Source: an uncultured Spirochaetota bacterium (GTDB lineage Bacteria > Spirochaetota > Spirochaetia > SZUA-6 > Fen-1364). From it: DNA of 64,000 nucleotides. A program made the position numbers and the translations under genes. The stretch covers positions 1-64,000 of the forward strand of contig CAVUXE010000029.1 in assembly GCA_963745235.1 (NCBI GenBank), read 5' to 3'. This document shows positions 60,770 through 64,000 of the stretch, in pieces. The notes under the pieces are model-generated. The model was not told the origin of the DNA and did no database searches. It saw only the letters and a program-made list of their open reading frames with translations. Position 1 is the first letter of the stretch. The number at the start of each line of letters is the position of its first letter.

Positions 60770-63192
60770 ATGGCAGAATCCAGCCGCGTTGCACCGGGGG
60801 GCCGGGGATCGAGCCCCGCTGGACCTCCAGCGCAAAACAGGGTATCGGGTCCTCTCTCAGCGATGCAAGCCGCGTTTCGTTCACGCTGAGCCACGGCATT
60901 TTCAACGAGATCTACTATCCCCGGGTGGACCGCGCGTGCACCCGGGACCTGGGAATGATGGTGGCTTCGGACGACGGCTTCTTTTCCGAGGAGAAAAGAA
61001 ACTCCGAGCACCGGGTCTCGATGCTCGCCCCCGGCGTTCCCGCCTACGCGCTTTCCAACACGTGCACGGCGGGGCGCTACAGGATCGACAAGGAAGTCCT
61101 CACGGATCCGCGCAGGGAGACCCTTCTGCAGCACACCACCTTCACGGCGCTCACGGGGCCCGTCTCGAGCTACCGCCTCTACGCGCTCCTCGCGCCGCAC
61201 ATCGGCAACAGGGGATGGAACAACACGGGATGGGTGGGTGACTACAAGGGAGTGGGGATGATCTTCGCGGAGCGTGACGGAACCTGCATGGCGCTGGCCT
61301 GCTCGTGCCCGTGGCTGAACAGGTCCGTCGGGTTTGTCGGCTTCTCCGACGGCTGGCAGGACGTCAGCCGAAACAAGCGGATGACCAGGACCTGGGAGCT
61401 GGCGGAGAACGGCAACATCGCCCTGACAGCGGAGGTAGACCTTGCTCTCTCGGGGGGAGACTTCGTGATCGCGCTGGGCTTCGGCGCGAACGCATCCGAA
61501 GCGGGAAACCGCGCGCTGGCCAGCCTGTCCGACGGGTTCGAGCAGGCCAGGCGGGAGTACATCGATGAGTGGACGCAATGGCAGGAGCATCTTTCCCTGG
61601 GGGAGGACTCGAAGCCCGAGGAGCGTCGGGACGGGAGCTCCGATCTGTTTCGAGTCAGCACGGCGGTTATCCGCGCCCATGAAGCGAAGAACTTCCCCGG
61701 CGGAATAATCGCCAGCCTTTCCATTCCCTGGGGCTTTGCCAAGGGAGACGATGACCTGGGAGGGTACCACCTCGTATGGCCGCGGGACCTCGTGGAGACC
61801 GCGGGTGGCATCCTTGCCGCCGGCGGGCACGAAGACGCGCGGAGGGTGTTTTCCTATCTCCAGTCCACGCAGGAAGCTGACGGCCACTGGCCCCAGAATA
61901 TGTGGTTGGACGGCGCGCAATACTGGTCCGGCATCCAGATGGATGAAACCGCTTTTCCCATCCTGCTCGTGGACCTCGCCCTGAGGGAGAGGACAATCGA
62001 CGATGCTGATCGGGCCCGGATGTGGGCAATGGTCAGGCGCGCGGCCGGGTTCATCCTCTGCAATGGTCCCGTTACGCAGCAGGACCGGTGGGAGGAAGAC
62101 CCTGGCTACTCCCCGTTCACGGTTGCAGTAGAGGTGGCGGCGCTTCTGTGCGCCGCGGACCTCGCGGAGGCGAGCGGGGAGGGCGCCATCGCCGGATACC
62201 TGCGGGAGACCGCAGACACGTGGAACGACAGCATCGAACGCTGGATGTACGTCCGGGATACCGACCTTGCACACCAGGCGGGCGTCGACGGCTACTACGT
62301 CAGGATTGCCCCGCCGGATGAGGCCGAGGCGTCTTCCCCCGCCGGCGGTTTTGTGCCCATCAAGAACAGGCCTCCCGGGCAGGGGATCGAAAACTCGGCC
62401 GACATCGTGAGCCCGGACGCGCTGGCACTCGTGCGCTTCGGGCTGCGAGCCGCGGGCGACAGGCGGATCCTGAACACGGTGCGGGTCATTGACGCGCTGC
62501 TGAAAGTGGAAACTCCCGACGGTCCCGCGTGGCACCGCTACAATGACGACGGGTACGGGGAGAAGGCAGACGGCGCCGCGTTCGATGGAACGGGGATCGG
62601 CCGGGCGTGGCCGCTCATTACGGGAGAGAGGGCTCACTACGAGCTGGCCGCAGGTCGCACGGCGGAAGCGAGAAGGCTCTGCCGCACCCTGGAGTCCTTT
62701 GCGGGAGACGGGGGGCTGCTCCCCGAGCAGATCTGGGACACGACGGACATCCCCCAACGCGAGCTGTTTTTCGGCAGACCCTCCGGCTCCGCGATGCCGC
62801 TTCTGTGGGCCCACGCCGAATACTTGAAGTTGCGCCGTTCCCTTGCGGACGGAAAGGTCTTCGACATGCCCCCCCAGACGACACAGCGCTACATAGTGGA
62901 GGACAGGCATTCGCCGTTTGCGGCCTGGCGGCTGAACCAGAAAACCCGCGCCATCACGTCCGGCAAGACGCTCCGCGTGGAGCTGCTCCAGGAAGCCGTT
63001 GTCCGCTGGAGCGATGACGGGTGGAAGAGCTCGGGCGAAGTCTCCTCCCGGCCGACGGGCTTCGGCATTCACGTTGTCGAGCTCCCGACAGCGGAGATGG
63101 CAAACGGCGTGTGCCTGGTCTTCACGATTCGCTGGAAGGTGAGCGGAGCGCAGGAAGGAACAGAGTTTTCCGTGCTTATTGAGGAAGGATAG
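60770..63192 (+). CDS. GH15 glucan 1,4-alpha-glucosidase / glucodextranase (indel in the G-run near 60800)
   Basis: APG.PGIEPRW, GYHLVWPRDL, QMDE, QDRWEE, GRAWPL, LPEQIW, SAMPL.WAHAEY; AAGGAG RBS before ATG 60770. Confidence 0.9.
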
Positions 63193-63296
63193 CGGCGGCC
63201 CGGTGCCGCTGTGAGCGGCCCGGGGAAGCCGCGGGCAGCTGGAAGCCGCGGCAGTGGGGCAGCTGGGAGGAGCTGCCCCGTTTCTGCCTTCACGGC

Positions 63297-64000
63297 CTAC
63301 TTGCTGGTCTTGTTTTCAATGAACAGTGCGACTCTCCTGTTCTCCCATCGATCCTTGTAATCGCTGTCTGGCACGATCTGGTCGGAGGCTCCGACGCCGT
63401 CTGCCACGAACATTGCCGGCAGCAGACCCCTTTCGATCAGGGCGTCCTCGATTGCCTTGGCACGGGCCCGGGAGAGTGGCAACAACACATCCTGCTCCTC
63501 GATCTTTCCCAGGGTGGGGTTGTCCCAGTAGACCATGACCGCGTGGCCGACAATCTTGATGCTGTCAGACGGGAACTTCTTCAGCTTCTCAGCCATCGCA
63601 TCCAGGCGGGCCATGTTCTGCTTCGCTATATCCGGGGGAACATCCCGATAGTCAGCCGTATACGGTTTGAAGAATATGCGCGAGCTCTGGATCCTGTAGC
63701 CCTCCGACGTGTTGAAGACCAGGATGTCCACGGGCACATTGGTGGACAGTGCGCCAACGTTTCCGAAATCGTCCATCACATTGACCCTGACCGGATAATC
63801 CTCCGCGGACTCCACGAATGAACCGGAGGTGCTCTTGCCGTCCCAGATGGCGCGGTTCTCCGGCCACGTCCCTTTGAAAGTCCTGAACACGGTTCCCTCG
63901 GGAGAGATGATGTTCATGGTCCAGCTTCCGATGCCCGCAACCGGCGAGCTGGCCTCAACGGTCAGCGCTATGGTCTTGGAGGTTTCCTCCGGAGAGAAGA
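63297..64000 (-). CDS. OmpA-family protein with FlgD-like Ig domain (5' part outside window)
   Basis: WDGK...G..VESAEDYP, I.FK, I.GHA, LSRARA, NRRV. Confidence 0.85.
   Translation of the reverse strand, partial: FSPEETSKTIALTVEASSPVAGIGSWTMNIISPEGTVFRTFKGTWPENRAIWDGKSTSGSFVESAEDYPVRVNVMDDFGNVGALSTNVPVDILVFNTSEGYRIQSSRIFFKPYTADYRDVPPDIAKQNMARLDAMAEKLKKFPSDSIKIVGHAVMVYWDNPTLGKIEEQDVLLPLSRARAKAIEDALIERGLLPAMFVADGVGASDQIVPDSDYKDRWENRRVALFIENKTSK

Noticed and set aside
1-64000. CRISPR array, rRNA or tRNA genes
   Set aside because: No regularly spaced repeats or RNA-gene signatures seen by eye; tRNAscan-SE and a CRISPR finder would confirm

Overview
GC-rich bacterial chromosome segment, most likely from a free-living Spirochaetia genome (DUF5312 protein, spirochaete-type OmpA/FlgD-Ig protein, omptin, FemX, EDPR-type MurE). 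Scattered single-base indels, including one in murE, suggest a long-read/MAG assembly, so many frameshifts are probably artefacts. Layout: (1) 0.2-11.7 kb housekeeping genes (rubredoxin-queG, murE, queD-adenine methylase, hflKC, chrA, decayed DUF2917/MocR pair); (2) 11.7-29.1 kb toxin-antitoxin/defence island (MNT-HEPN, GHKL ATPase with Ig-like domain, vapBC, Flavo-1-like RNA, phd-ORF-relE, nucleotide cyclase and DUF3800 remnants, a 1250-aa PD-(D/E)XK protein, type III R-M, DUF6941-antitoxin-mazF); (3) 29.2-34.7 kb operon encoding an efflux adaptor, a signal-peptide-bearing isoaspartyl methyltransferase and a 14-TM protein with an apparently periplasmic SAM-binding domain; (4) 35.3-49.9 kb sugar/polyol catabolic island bounded by a 25/26-bp direct repeat beside an IS91-like remnant, interrupted by an ISKra4/ISLre2-type IS with a 9-bp target duplication; (5) 50-64 kb mixed genes (sirtuin, metG, femX, omptin, kduD, NHL lipoprotein, GATase, MFS-glucose dehydrogenase-GH15, OmpA). 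No tRNA, rRNA or CRISPR array was seen. Best candidates for undescribed systems: the exported PIMT/membrane SAM-domain operon, the large orphan nuclease, the two three-gene TA modules and the GHKL-Ig ATPase. All family calls are by motif recognition, not database search.
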